A DNA stretch of 29,228 nucleotides from Lysobacterales bacterium (GCA_022844165.1 JALHMH010000049.1:1-29228); one strand, 5' to 3'. Counted from the first letter of the stretch, positions 8,635 through 18,592 are shown. A program made the numbers and translations. Notes: generated from the sequence alone by a model not told the origin.

Positions 8635-11600
8635 TCAGAAGTGCAGTCGAAGCCCAGAAATCGGATGATTGAAGTACCGCTTCGGGCGTGAATAACCGCC
8701 AGGGTTGCCGTCGGCACTCGATACATTCGCCATACCGGGCATCGGTCCCTTGGGTGGCCACGAGATTTCTGGCAGGCCGCGTTTCTTGAGATCGCTGTTG
8801 ATCTTGGCGAGATCGCCAGCGCTCAGTTCTTGGAACTTGCTCGCGATCGTCGCGAGTTCGCCCTCAAGTACCGCGACACGCTGCATCTGATAGTCGGTCG
8901 GCCGACCCTCGTAGCTCATGATCGCACCATAGGCCTGATCGGTATGCTCGCGTAAGCGCTCTTCGCCAGTGATTGCGCCCCCTTCTTTGGTCGCCACGAT
9001 CTCCTTGCGAATGAACTCAGCCTTTTCGCGGAAGTCCGATAGCCGCGTCGCCAGCTTATCGCCTTTGGGCAATTTGCTACCGATGCCATCGGCCATCATC
9101 TGAGTAAAGCCGATGCGATCGGTCAGCGCCGTCATATTGCCGAATAACTTGTGCACGCGCATCGCGGCGTCAAACTGAACCTGGCGATCGGCCGCCGTGT
9201 AATCGGCGCGGCGATCAAGACCGATTTCAAGCCTGGTCTCATAGACCTGTTTGTTCTTGGTCATGCGAACTGTGTAAGTTCCCGGCACCACACGTGGTCC
9301 CTGGATGCCAGCAAATGCCACCTGAGCTGCTTTGGGCACACGGGGTGGCTTCACGCGCATTGACCAGGTGATGCGATTGATACCGCGACGTTTGCTGGCG
9401 GGCAGCGTGTCGACCACTTGACCATCCGGTCCGATCACTTCGATCTTGAGTTCGCCGAACAGATGACGTGTGCGCTGGTAATACGTAATGGTCGCGCCCG
9501 CAGGAGCATTTGGACCTACGAACTTGGCATCGCCGTCCGACCAACCGCCGACGCCGCCGATACGTTGCTGGGTCGGCCGCGAGCTCAAGAACTTCGCCTC
9601 GGCTGTGAGAACGCCTGCGTCGAAGTTCCGCAGCGGCGAAATGTCGTCGATGATCCAGATGCCGCGGCCATGCGTGCCCAGCACCAGATCATGTTCTCGC
9701 GACTGGATCTGGATATCGCGCACCGCCACGGCCGGGAAGTTGCTGCCCTGGTATCGCGCCCAGTTGCCGCCGTTATCGATACTGATCCACAAGCCCAGTT
9801 CGGTACCCAGGAACAGCAAATCGGGATCGACCAGATCCTGGCGAATCACATGCACGTAGCCTTCGATGCCCTGACTCTGATCGGCGATACGTGACCAGGT
9901 CTTGCCGTAATCGCCGGTTCGGAACACATGCGGCGCCATATCGCCGAAGGTGTGGCGGTCGACTGCGACGTAGGCCACCGCTTCATCATGCGGACTGGCT
10001 TCCACCCAGCTGATCCACGAGCCTTTAGGCACGCCTTTGATGTTGCGGCCGGTTTCAGTCCACGATCCGCCGCCATCGCGCGTGATCTGAACATTGCCAT
10101 CGTCGGTGCCAACCCAGATCAGATTCGCATTCTTGGGCGATTCGCTGATCGAGTAGATCGTCGTATGCATTTCGGCCGAGGAGTTATCGACGGTGATGCC
10201 GCCCGACAGTTCTTGCTGTTGCTTGGACTTGTCGTTCGTGGTCAGGTCGGGGGAGATGCGCTGCCAGGTATTGCCCTGGTCGGTCGAGCGATTGAGGAAC
10301 TGCGATCCCAGGTAGATGGTGCCAGGTCGCGTTGGGCTCTGATGGATCGGGGAATTCCAGTTGTAGCGCAGCTTCTCACCTTGAGCCATTGCTTTGGGTT
10401 GGATATCGCGCGTGTGTTTTGTGTCACGATGGATGCGCGCGATATTGCCGCCTTGGTATTCAGCGTACACCACGTTCGGATCCTTGGCATCCGGGATCAC
10501 CCAGAAACCGTCACCGCCGTATAGGTTCTGCCATCGACTGTTGCTGACGCCACCGGGGTGCGAGGAGTCGCCGACCCAGCTCGAGTTGTCCTGCAATCCG
10601 CCGTACACCTGGTACGGGTCCTGATTGTCGACAGCAACATGATAAAACTGGCTGATCGGCAGATTTTCACCTTTCCACCAACGGCCGCCACCGTCCTGGC
10701 TGTACCAGATACCGCCGTCATCGCCCATGATGACTTCTTTTGGATTGGCAGGATTGATCCACAAATCGTGTGAGTCGGCGTGTGTGGAGCCGGCGGCATC
10801 GGAGAAACTCTTTCCGCCATCTTCAGATACGATCAAACGCAAGTTGGTTTTGAACAGACGATCTGGGTTAGTCGGGTCGATCACCAACTTGGCAAAGTAA
10901 AACGGACGCCAGACCATCATCTGGCTCTTGTCGCGTTGTTCCCAGGTCTGGCCACCATCGGCGGAACGAAACAGCGCGCTGTCGACGCCCTCGATGAAGG
11001 CGTAAACGACGTTGCTGTCCGATGGCGCAATCTCCACCTCAATGCGACCCCATGGACCGCTCGGCAGGCCGTTTTTGCCATCGGCCTTGAGCTGCGTAAA
11101 CGACGCGCCGCCGTTGGTTGTGACGTACAAGCCACTGGCGCTCTTGGCGGTTGGTCCTTCGCCGCCCGAACGAAACGTCCAGCCCTTGCGGCGGAAATCC
11201 CAGGTGCCGACGATCAGCTTTTCGGGATTTTTGGGATCCATCGTCAGGCCCGCGCAACCGGTCGACTGGTTGCCCTTGAGAATGTGGTTCCACGTCGCGC
11301 CGCCGTCGGTGGTCTTATACAAACCGCGGTCCGGCGAGTCCGACCAGAGTTTTCCGGGCACGCAAACGTAGGCCGTGTTGCTGTCCTTCGGGTGCACAAG
11401 AACTTTCGCGATACGCTCGCTCTCGGGAAGTCCCAAATACGTCCAGCTCTCGCCGCCGTCGGTGGAGCGATACATGCCGTTGCCGATCGAGACCGAGTTG
11501 CGCGTCCAGCTCTCGCCGGTGCCCACCCAGACATTCTTTGGATTCGACGGATCGAGCGCGATGGCGCCGATCGACTGCACCGGTTGCCGATCGAACACCG

Positions 11601-11850
11601 GCTTGTAGCTGGTGCCACCATCGACGGACTTCCACACGCCGCCGCTGGCAGCGCCGACGTAGATCGTCTTCTGGCCATTCTCGACGTGAACTGCCAGTGC
11701 TGATATGCGGCCGCTCATTGCCGCAGAGCCGATGTTTCGCGCCGGCAGACCTGAAATGGTGCCGGCATCAAAGCGTGGTGCAGGTGTTTGCGCCAGGGCG
11801 TTTGTTGCAATAAGCGCCAACGACAGCGCCGACAGAGTCAGAGTTTTCAT
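8635..11850 (-). CDS. Secreted BNR/Asp-box (VPS10/sortilin-like, 'glycosyl hydrolase/sialidase'-annotated) beta-propeller protein
   Basis: Signal peptide MKTLTLSALSLALIATNALA. Many SxDGGxTW Asp-boxes. RNIGSAAMSGRI, GGLQDNSSW and GTHGRGIWIIDDI motifs. Helical C-terminal domain. Confidence 0.85.
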   Translation of the reverse strand: MKTLTLSALSLALIATNALAQTPAPRFDAGTISGLPARNIGSAAMSGRISALAVHVENGQKTIYVGAASGGVWKSVDGGTSYKPVFDRQPVQSIGAIALDPSNPKNVWVGTGESWTRNSVSIGNGMYRSTDGGESWTYLGLPESERIAKVLVHPKDSNTAYVCVPGKLWSDSPDRGLYKTTDGGATWNHILKGNQSTGCAGLTMDPKNPEKLIVGTWDFRRKGWTFRSGGEGPTAKSASGLYVTTNGGASFTQLKADGKNGLPSGPWGRIEVEIAPSDSNVVYAFIEGVDSALFRSADGGQTWEQRDKSQMMVWRPFYFAKLVIDPTNPDRLFKTNLRLIVSEDGGKSFSDAAGSTHADSHDLWINPANPKEVIMGDDGGIWYSQDGGGRWWKGENLPISQFYHVAVDNQDPYQVYGGLQDNSSWVGDSSHPGGVSNSRWQNLYGGDGFWVIPDAKDPNVVYAEYQGGNIARIHRDTKHTRDIQPKAMAQGEKLRYNWNSPIHQSPTRPGTIYLGSQFLNRSTDQGNTWQRISPDLTTNDKSKQQQELSGGITVDNSSAEMHTTIYSISESPKNANLIWVGTDDGNVQITRDGGGSWTETGRNIKGVPKGSWISWVEASPHDEAVAYVAVDRHTFGDMAPHVFRTGDYGKTWSRIADQSQGIEGYVHVIRQDLVDPDLLFLGTELGLWISIDNGGNWARYQGSNFPAVAVRDIQIQSREHDLVLGTHGRGIWIIDDISPLRNFDAGVLTAEAKFLSSRPTQQRIGGVGGWSDGDAKFVGPNAPAGATITYYQRTRHLFGELKIEVIGPDGQVVDTLPASKRRGINRITWSMRVKPPRVPKAAQVAFAGIQGPRVVPGTYTVRMTKNKQVYETRLEIGLDRRADYTAADRQVQFDAAMRVHKLFGNMTALTDRIGFTQMMADGIGSKLPKGDKLATRLSDFREKAEFIRKEIVATKEGGAITGEERLREHTDQAYGAIMSYEGRPTDYQMQRVAVLEGELATIASKFQELSAGDLAKINSDLKKRGLPEISWPPKGPMPGMANVSSADGNPGGYSRPKRYFNHPISGLRLHF

Positions 11851-11863
11851 GAGATGTGCTCGC

Positions 11864-12607
11864 TTAGGGCGTCTTGGCAGCAGGGAAGGCAAACAATGCG
11901 TCGTCGATATCGACATTCACTTCGGCTTTCTCGACGATAATTTTCTGCCCGCGCGGTCCGCCCTTTGGCCCGCTTTCGCTGGCGAACGGCCAATACACGC
12001 CACCGACGTTTTCGTAGTTGCCAAGTTCGGTTTCGATCTCGCTCTCGATGCCGCGACGCTTGACGATGCTGGTGACCCGGATTTCCAGGAAGTAATCCGG
12101 ATCGAGGTATCGGTACTGCACATCACCGTTAGCCAACTCGACTTTCAGTTTGTGCGCTTCGGTGCCGTCCACATCTTCCAGACCCAGGTACGAGACCTTG
12201 TGGCCTTTTGCCTTCCAGTCGACCAGCGGTCCGTCGATATCGGACTCCACTTGCATGCCCTTGGCATCTTCGGCGCTCATACGCTCTGGATCGCGGCGGC
12301 CCTGAAACGGCTGAATGCTCCAGCCTTCCTTGCCGTCGTAAGCACTCACCTGAGTCAGCCCTTGTAATGAAGCTTCGGTGCGCAGTTTGTTGCCCCGTTC
12401 GTTCATGCTGACGAAGCCCAGATCAACTGAAAAATCGCCTCCGGAAAAGTTCATTCGTCCAGTCGATTTGACGCTGTTGACCGCGCGAATCGCGTCGATG
12501 CCGCCGCGCGCCTCAATGTTCTTCTGAACCAATTCGTCGGCAGTGAGCGCATGCCCGACACTCGACAAAGCGAGCGCGAGCAGCGCGCCTAAGGGGCGCA
12601 GCAGCAT
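11864..12607 (-). CDS. Periplasmic LolA-like / outer-membrane lipoprotein-sorting family protein
   Basis: Signal peptide; TADELVQKNIEARGG start, YDGKEGW motif, VNVDIDDALFAFP end. 13 bp upstream of the BNR gene start. Confidence 0.7.
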   Translation of the reverse strand: MLLRPLGALLALALSSVGHALTADELVQKNIEARGGIDAIRAVNSVKSTGRMNFSGGDFSVDLGFVSMNERGNKLRTEASLQGLTQVSAYDGKEGWSIQPFQGRRDPERMSAEDAKGMQVESDIDGPLVDWKAKGHKVSYLGLEDVDGTEAHKLKVELANGDVQYRYLDPDYFLEIRVTSIVKRRGIESEIETELGNYENVGGVYWPFASESGPKGGPRGQKIIVEKAEVNVDIDDALFAFPAAKTP

Positions 12608-12715
12608 GAGGGTTCTCCAGTCGTGACGGATGCGTGATGCTCCGACTGGACGCGGACGCTACTCCTAAACTACTTGTCCAGGAATGGGGCGAAAGTCATG
12701 CGGCGAAGCACGCTG

Positions 12716-13474
12716 TCAAGCGCCGCAATCGGCGGCCACCAGATCGATCGTCGCCATTTCGTCGCCGTCGCGGTTCTGGTACTGGTAGCGAAGCGTCGCA
12801 CCGCTCCTGAGCAGTTGCACCGATCCCGGATCGGCACAGGACGAGACCTTAAGGTTCTCGCGCATCGCTGTGGAGAACTGTCCCCGATCAAGGTCGCCGC
12901 GCCCGACGGTGTGCAGGAGCAATCGGTGTACCAGTGCCGAGCCGTCGACTTTGACGGCATGCAGACGCGTATCGGCATCGATCTCAATGGGTAGTTCTTT
13001 CATGATGGCCATTTCTGCCGCAGCCAATACGTCGGTGAGTGCACCAGCACATTGCGACGCGGAGCGCGTTTCCGAATGTTCGGCGACGATCTTCCATTCG
13101 CCTTCAATCAACGCCAGATCCATCGTGTATCCAGCGTCGAGATGGCAGCGCAAGTGCGAATAACGTTTAGCGCTGATCCGCCATCTGCCATCTGCCGCGG
13201 TCACAATCACATCACTAAAAGTCGAGCGATCGTTACGCGCTTTCGCCGCCGCCATAGAACTCGCAATGAGAGAAGCGTACTGCGCGCCGTCGATTTCCAG
13301 TCGCTGCTGGCCATCCCGCAAGGTCGTGATCTTGGCGTTTGGCGCGTAACGCCACGCGACGGCTGGGTCGAAAGCGTCCATTTGCGCTCGAATTTCGTCG
13401 AATGCGGCTCGCGCGCTTTTTTCGTCCGCAAAAACCGGGGCGCTCGCCAGAGCGAGCAAAAGCAATAGACGCAT
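12716..13474 (-). CDS. Secreted two-domain hypothetical protein (NTF2-like N-terminus; AspS/GspS-beta or PA3611-like C-terminus)
   Basis: Signal peptide. N-domain ends GEWKIVAEHSET. C-domain LPIEIDADTRL...C..P....LL..GATLRYQYQNRDG...AADC. Confidence 0.55.
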   Translation of the reverse strand: MRLLLLLALASAPVFADEKSARAAFDEIRAQMDAFDPAVAWRYAPNAKITTLRDGQQRLEIDGAQYASLIASSMAAAKARNDRSTFSDVIVTAADGRWRISAKRYSHLRCHLDAGYTMDLALIEGEWKIVAEHSETRSASQCAGALTDVLAAAEMAIMKELPIEIDADTRLHAVKVDGSALVHRLLLHTVGRGDLDRGQFSTAMRENLKVSSCADPGSVQLLRSGATLRYQYQNRDGDEMATIDLVAADCGA

Positions 13475-13621
13475 GGGTCGATCTCAATGGTTGTGCCAGA
13501 CAATGAGCATAGGGCAAGGCATGGAGAACGCAGAATGGCCCGTTCAGGCAAAGTGAAACGCGGGTGCGCAGCTCGGTCGGTCGCTTCGTCGCAACGGCGG
13601 CAGAGACGATTCTGTGTCTTG

Positions 13622-13652
13622 AGAGAAAAAGACACCGCCCGACGGCGGCATT
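13622..13652 (-). terminator. Intrinsic terminator after the tRNA
   Basis: Minus strand TGCCGCC-GTCG-GGCGGTG followed by TCTTTTTC. Confidence 0.7.
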
Positions 13653-13655
13653 GAA

Positions 13656-13732
13656 TGGCGGGCCCGGAGGGACTCGAACCCCCGGCCACCTGGTTCGAAG
13701 CCAGGTGCTCTATCCAACTGAGCTACGGACCC
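13656..13732 (-). tRNA. tRNA-Arg(TCG), 77 nt, CCA encoded
   Basis: Acceptor stem GGGTCCG/CGGGCCC, D arm TAGCTCAGTTGGATAGAGC, anticodon arm CCTGG-CTTCGAA-CCAGG, T loop GGTTCGAGTCC, 3' GCCA. Confidence 0.95.
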
Positions 13733-13897
13733 GCTAGTGAGAGGCAAGCATAGCGGTTTTTGTTTAGTCGTACTCGATTGGCCAATTCGTCCAGCGGCCC
13801 GTTGTGCCGACACGCCACAAGCAGTCGCCCACCCCTACCCATTCGTCGCCCCTTGCTATAGCCTCGCGGCTTCTCTCAGCGCGCGGACGGATGGGCA

Positions 13898-15442
13898 ATG
13901 GCCAGCCAGATGTTTTCGAGGAAATCGATTCAGTCGATTATTGCCGACTCGCAAAAAAGCGAGCTCAAGCGTACGTTGAGTGCGTGGAATCTGACCAGTC
14001 TGGGTATCGGCGCGATCATCGGCGCTGGCATCTTTGTGATGACCGGTGACGCCGCCGCCAACTACGCTGGTCCCGCCGTCATCATCTCCTTCGTTCTCGC
14101 CGGATTGGTCTGCGCGGTGGCCGGCTTGTGTTACGCGGAGCTGGCCTCGACGATGCCCGTTTCAGGTTCGGCCTACACCTACGCGTACGGCACGATGGGC
14201 GAAGTGTTCGCCTGGGCGATGGGCTGGTTGTTACTGCTGGAGTATGGCATCGCAGCATCGACCGTCGCCGCCGGTTGGACCGGCTACATTGTCGAAATCC
14301 TCAAGGACTTTGGTCTGGTGATTCCTGCGGCACTGACCAGCGCCTCAGTGGTTGTGCAGGAAGTCGCGCAGCCAGACGGCACTTTCTTACTCAAGTCGGC
14401 CATTGAGCCGCAGCTGAATCTGGTCGGCGCCTTTGGCATCCTGATGGTCACGGCTTTGCTGGTGATCGGCGTCAGCGAATCGGCCAAGTTCACGAACATC
14501 GCGGTGATCATTAAGGTTGGTGTGCTCCTGGCTTTCATCGGCATTGGTCTGGTCTACGTCAATCCGGATAACTGGACGCCGTTCGTGCCGGAAAACGATG
14601 GCACAGCCTGGAACCACTTCGGTTGGATGGGCGTCGCGTACGCTTCAACGATTATCTTTTTTGCCTACGTGGGTTTTGAGGGCGTTTCGACCGCTGCAGG
14701 CGAGGCGAAAAATCCGCAGAAGGATCTACCGATCGGCATTCTCGGTTCGCTCGTGATCTGTACGGTGATCTACATGCTCGTGGCGCTGGTGCTGACCGGT
14801 GTGGTGTCTTACACCCAGCTTGGCGTCTCCGCTCCGATTGCCGTGGCGATCAACGCGATGAATCCCACCTGGGCGCAGATTCCGTGGCCGTTCGTCGAGA
14901 GCGGCACGCTCAACGGTTTTTCGTTCCTGATCAAGATCGGCGCGATTATGGGTTTGTCGAGCGTGATGCTGGTGCTGTGTTATGCGCAGACTCGCGTGTT
15001 CTATCAGATGAGCAAGGATGGTCTGGTGCCTGAGGTGTTCGGCCGCATCCATCAAAAATTCCGCACGCCCGCCTCCGGGACCACACTGCTCGGCATCTTG
15101 ATTGCGATCGCCGCCGCAACCTTGCCGCTCAATCTGCTTGGCTCGCTGGTTTCGCTCGGTACCGCCGCAGCGTTCGGCATCGTGTGTTTGTCGGTGATCT
15201 ATCTGCGCAAAACGGCGCCCGATATCCATCGGCCGTTCCGCGTTCCGTTCTATCCCGTGTTGCCGATCGTTGGTGTCGGTCTTTGTCTTTGCATCATCGG
15301 ACTGATCTTCCTCGACAAACTGACGAAGTTCATGGCGGGCAACTGGGCGCCAATGGCCATTCTGATCAGCTACTTTGCGGTTGGCGTGGTGATCTATGCG
15401 GTTTACGGTCGCAAGAATTCGCGCTTGGCGAAGGGCGGCTAA
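13898..15442 (+). CDS. APC-family (cationic amino acid transporter-like) amino acid permease
   Basis: GIGAIIGAGIFV, CYAELAS, GSAYTYAY, FFAYVGFE motifs; many TM helices. Confidence 0.95.
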   Translation: MASQMFSRKSIQSIIADSQKSELKRTLSAWNLTSLGIGAIIGAGIFVMTGDAAANYAGPAVIISFVLAGLVCAVAGLCYAELASTMPVSGSAYTYAYGTMGEVFAWAMGWLLLLEYGIAASTVAAGWTGYIVEILKDFGLVIPAALTSASVVVQEVAQPDGTFLLKSAIEPQLNLVGAFGILMVTALLVIGVSESAKFTNIAVIIKVGVLLAFIGIGLVYVNPDNWTPFVPENDGTAWNHFGWMGVAYASTIIFFAYVGFEGVSTAAGEAKNPQKDLPIGILGSLVICTVIYMLVALVLTGVVSYTQLGVSAPIAVAINAMNPTWAQIPWPFVESGTLNGFSFLIKIGAIMGLSSVMLVLCYAQTRVFYQMSKDGLVPEVFGRIHQKFRTPASGTTLLGILIAIAAATLPLNLLGSLVSLGTAAAFGIVCLSVIYLRKTAPDIHRPFRVPFYPVLPIVGVGLCLCIIGLIFLDKLTKFMAGNWAPMAILISYFAVGVVIYAVYGRKNSRLAKGG

Positions 15443-15453
15443 CCGTGCTTGAC

Positions 15454-15479
15454 GTCATCCCCGCGAAAACGGGGATGAC
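15454..15479. repeat. REP-like palindrome in the permease-NUDIX spacer
   Basis: GTCATCCCCG-CGAAAA-CGGGGATGAC, a perfect 10-bp stem with no U-tract. Confidence 0.6.
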
Positions 15480-15490
15480 ACAACGACACG

Positions 15491-16027
15491 ATGAACCTGG
15501 CGTATGCGCTGAATCAGTATCGTGATCGCACTCCCAGCGAGCGCGATACTGCGCAGCGATTTCTCGATTTCCTGTCGAGCGGCGACGATGTGTATTTGCG
15601 CACCCGGCTCGATGGGCACTTCACCGCTTCTTGTTGGTTGCTATCGCCCGATCGCCAATCGGTACTGCTAACGCACCATCGCAAGCTCAATCGCTGGCTG
15701 CAATTGGGCGGTCACGCAGACGGCGACGCTGATCTTGCGCGCGTCGCCCTACACGAGGCGCAAGAAGAATCCGGTCTCTCTGCCCTTGTCGTGTTGCCGG
15801 AGATTTTCGATATCGACGCGCACACGATTCCGGCGCGAGCGAGCGAGCCCGAGCACACGCACTGGGATGTGCGTTTTGTGGTGCTTTCACCGAGTTTGGT
15901 CTTTCAGCTATCCCACGAGTCGAACGCATTGGCGTGGCGATCCATTGCCGAGTTGGTCGACAGCGGCGACGAATCGATCGCGCGCATGGCGCGCAAGTGG
16001 CTCACCGTCAGGGCTTCTGCGCCTTAA
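15491..16027 (+). CDS. NUDIX hydrolase
   Basis: GHFTASCW, HRKLNRWLQLGGHADG...ALHEAQEESG Nudix box, HTHWDVRF. Confidence 0.92.
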   Translation: MNLAYALNQYRDRTPSERDTAQRFLDFLSSGDDVYLRTRLDGHFTASCWLLSPDRQSVLLTHHRKLNRWLQLGGHADGDADLARVALHEAQEESGLSALVVLPEIFDIDAHTIPARASEPEHTHWDVRFVVLSPSLVFQLSHESNALAWRSIAELVDSGDESIARMARKWLTVRASAP

Positions 16028-16044
16028 GCGTCAACTAAGCCAAA

Positions 16045-16295
16045 AGTTCTTTCTTGAGGAGGGGGCGGCGGCCGTCGCGGACTGCGCAGAACCGACGCGG
16101 TCAAGAAGAACTATCCGTAGTGCAGATCCTGACGCGGTGCGAAAACCGCGTCTTCGCTCCGCGGGCGAGACCAGCTTTAAGCTAGCGAGGCTTCGCCTCA
16201 GACCGCCGAGCATTGTTGGCTTCGCCAGACACCGTACTTGCCAAAACCCCCATTGAGCGCTGCGCGCTCAATCTCCCCCTTGTACTCAAGGGGGC
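16045..16295. other. Hairpin-dense intergenic region (REP cluster, MITE remnant or ncRNA)
   Basis: At least six inverted repeats, e.g. 16045-16112, 16131-16152, 16187-16199, 16217-16227, 16252-16272, 16275-16294. Confidence 0.45.
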
Positions 16296-16364
16296 TTCAA
16301 CTGCCAAAGCCGCTGCGCAGAAAATTTGACTCAAATGTACAGATCCGGCTCCGTCAAGGACTCT

Positions 16365-16395
16365 AGAGCCAGGTTTCCACAGGAAACCTGGCTCT
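16365..16395. terminator. Perfect 14-bp hairpin just downstream of the prolyl oligopeptidase
   Basis: AGAGCCAGGTTTCC-ACA-GGAAACCTGGCTCT; the U-tract is weak. Confidence 0.55.
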
Positions 16396-16403
16396 TAAGG
16401 CGG

Positions 16404-18476
16404 CTATCTCAACTCGCGCGCAAAGAACGTCCACGCCAGCGCCGTCATGAACGCCCGCTGCGCATTGTTCGCGGCGCCACCGTGCCCACCTTCGATGTTT
16501 TCGTAATACAACACATCGTGGCCCTGTTCTTTCATTTTCGCGACCATCTTACGCGCGTGGCCGGGATGAACGCGGTCGTCGCGCGTGCTGGTGGTGAACA
16601 AGGTGCGCGGATATTTCACGTCGGGTTGGACGTTCTGGTATGGGGAGTACTTCTGTAGAAACGCCCACTCTTCGGGCTTGTCCGGATCGCCATATTCGGC
16701 CATCCATGACGCACCCGCCAGCAGCGTGTGATAGCGCTGCATATCCAGCAGCGGTACCTGACAAACGATGGCGCCGAACAGGTCGGGGCGCATGGTCAAC
16801 ATATTGCCCATCAACAACCCACCATTCGATCCGCCCTGGATGCCGAGGTGCGGCGTGGACGTGACTTTGCGCGCGATCAGGTCTTCGGCCACCGCGATAA
16901 AATCCTCATAGGCTTTATTGCGATTGGCCTTGAGCGCCGCTTGATGCCACTTCGGACCAAACTCGCCGCCGCCGCGAATGTTGGCAACCACGTACACGCC
17001 ACCCTTGTTGAGCCAGTTGTCGCCGGTTGCGGCGCTATAACTCGGCGTCATAGAAACTTCGAAGCCGCCGTAACCGTACAGTACGGTCGGATTCTTGCCA
17101 TTAAGCGCAAGACCCTTGGGTCCGACCTGGAAGTACGGAATCATCGTGCCGTCAGCGCTCTTGGCCTCGTGCTGGCTGACCATCAGGTTGCTGGCATCGA
17201 AGAACGCAGGCGTTGATTTCAGTTTCTCTGGCGCGCCTTTGCCGATTTCGCCAAGATAAAGCGACGTCGGTGTCAGAAAATCGGTGATCGTCAGGAAGTA
17301 GGCGTCGGAATCGTCGCTATCGACGGCGCTGGCGCTGATCGTGCCAAACTCCGGCAAGCCGCTCATCGCTTCGCGCGTCCAAGCCCCATTTTTGTACGTC
17401 AGGACGTAGAGCCGATTCTTGACGCTGTCCAGCTCGTTCAAAATCACATGGTTGCGCGTTGGTGAAAAGCCGGCAAGCGATTTGCGCTCGCCCGGTTCGA
17501 ACAGCACGTCGAACTTGCGCTCGCCTTTCAGAAAAGCGTCCAGGTGGGTCGCTAATAACGCGCCAGACGGATAGGTTTTGCCGCCGACCGCCCAGTCTTC
17601 GCGCAACGTGATCAGCATCCATTCGCGAAACGGTGTCGCCTCGGCGCTGTCCTGTTTGTCGATTTTGACCGGCTTGCCATCCACCAACAGATACAGCTCA
17701 TTGGTGTAAAACGTGGTGCCGCGCAGAATCGCCTGGCGCTCAAAACCGGGTGTCAAATCGCTAAACGCCCACACCCAAACGTCGTCCGGTTTGCCCTCGT
17801 AAACCACCTGCGCCGCACTCAGCGGTGTGCCGCGTTGCCAGCGCTTGGCGATCCGTGCGTAGCCACTGGTGGTCATCGAGCCATCGCCAAAATCGGTGCC
17901 GACCAACACCTCGTCTTTGTTCACCCATGAGATCTGGCTTTTGGCTTCGGGCAGCGCAAAGCCGCCCTCGACAAAAGACTTGCTTGGAATGTCGAACTCG
18001 CGAACCACATCGGCATCGGCGCCGCCGCGCGATAGCGAAATCAAACAGCGCTCATATGCCGGCTGCAGACAGTTGCTGCCCGCGAACACCCAATTCTCGT
18101 TCTCGGCCGTCGCCAGCGCATCGACATCGAGAACCGTCTCCCACTTCGGCTCGTCCTTCTTGTATTCCGCGAGCGTCGTGCGCCGCCAGATGCCCCGCTG
18201 ATGCGTCGCATCGCGCCAGAAGTTGTAATAGTGCTCGCCCATTTTGTCGACGAACGCGATTTTGTCGTCCGAATCCAGGATCGCGCGCGTGCTCGCTTCA
18301 ATGCGCTTGAAATCGCCTGAACGCGTCAGTTCATCGACAGCGTCGGCATTGAGATTCTTGACCCAATCCAGCGCCTTCTGGTCTTCCACACCTTCCAGCC
18401 ATTGGTGCGGGTCGGCGGCGGCAGTTGAAGCAGCGAGAGCAATCATGAGCGACAAAACAATTCCTGAGCGGCGCAT
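16404..18476 (-). CDS. Secreted prolyl oligopeptidase (S9A)
   Basis: GGAG RBS then signal peptide MRRSGIVLSLMIALAASTAAA-DPHQWLE. Catalytic GGSNGG, RDDRV and GGHGG motifs; YGYGGF; NIRGGGEFG. Confidence 0.95.
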   Translation of the reverse strand: MRRSGIVLSLMIALAASTAAADPHQWLEGVEDQKALDWVKNLNADAVDELTRSGDFKRIEASTRAILDSDDKIAFVDKMGEHYYNFWRDATHQRGIWRRTTLAEYKKDEPKWETVLDVDALATAENENWVFAGSNCLQPAYERCLISLSRGGADADVVREFDIPSKSFVEGGFALPEAKSQISWVNKDEVLVGTDFGDGSMTTSGYARIAKRWQRGTPLSAAQVVYEGKPDDVWVWAFSDLTPGFERQAILRGTTFYTNELYLLVDGKPVKIDKQDSAEATPFREWMLITLREDWAVGGKTYPSGALLATHLDAFLKGERKFDVLFEPGERKSLAGFSPTRNHVILNELDSVKNRLYVLTYKNGAWTREAMSGLPEFGTISASAVDSDDSDAYFLTITDFLTPTSLYLGEIGKGAPEKLKSTPAFFDASNLMVSQHEAKSADGTMIPYFQVGPKGLALNGKNPTVLYGYGGFEVSMTPSYSAATGDNWLNKGGVYVVANIRGGGEFGPKWHQAALKANRNKAYEDFIAVAEDLIARKVTSTPHLGIQGGSNGGLLMGNMLTMRPDLFGAIVCQVPLLDMQRYHTLLAGASWMAEYGDPDKPEEWAFLQKYSPYQNVQPDVKYPRTLFTTSTRDDRVHPGHARKMVAKMKEQGHDVLYYENIEGGHGGAANNAQRAFMTALAWTFFARELR

Positions 18477-18544
18477 AGCGCAGCATCTCCAAGTGGTGTG
18501 GGTTACCGGCCAAGCATAGCCTTCTTTCGGCCCGTGCAGACCAA

Positions 18545-18592
18545 GAGCCCCAACAAGGCGAGATGAGATAGCCCAGGGCGCAAGCCCTGGGT
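18545..18592. repeat. REP-like palindrome at the left edge of the defence island
   Basis: CCCAGGGC-GCAA-GCCCTGGG perfect stem (18572-18591) preceded by a degenerate GCCCCAACAAGGC half. Confidence 0.45.

Noticed and set aside
15491-16027. NUDIX hydrolase as part of the TIR/ADPR system
   Set aside because: It is linked to the permease, separated from the island by an opposite-strand peptidase, and looks like a common housekeeping subfamily.
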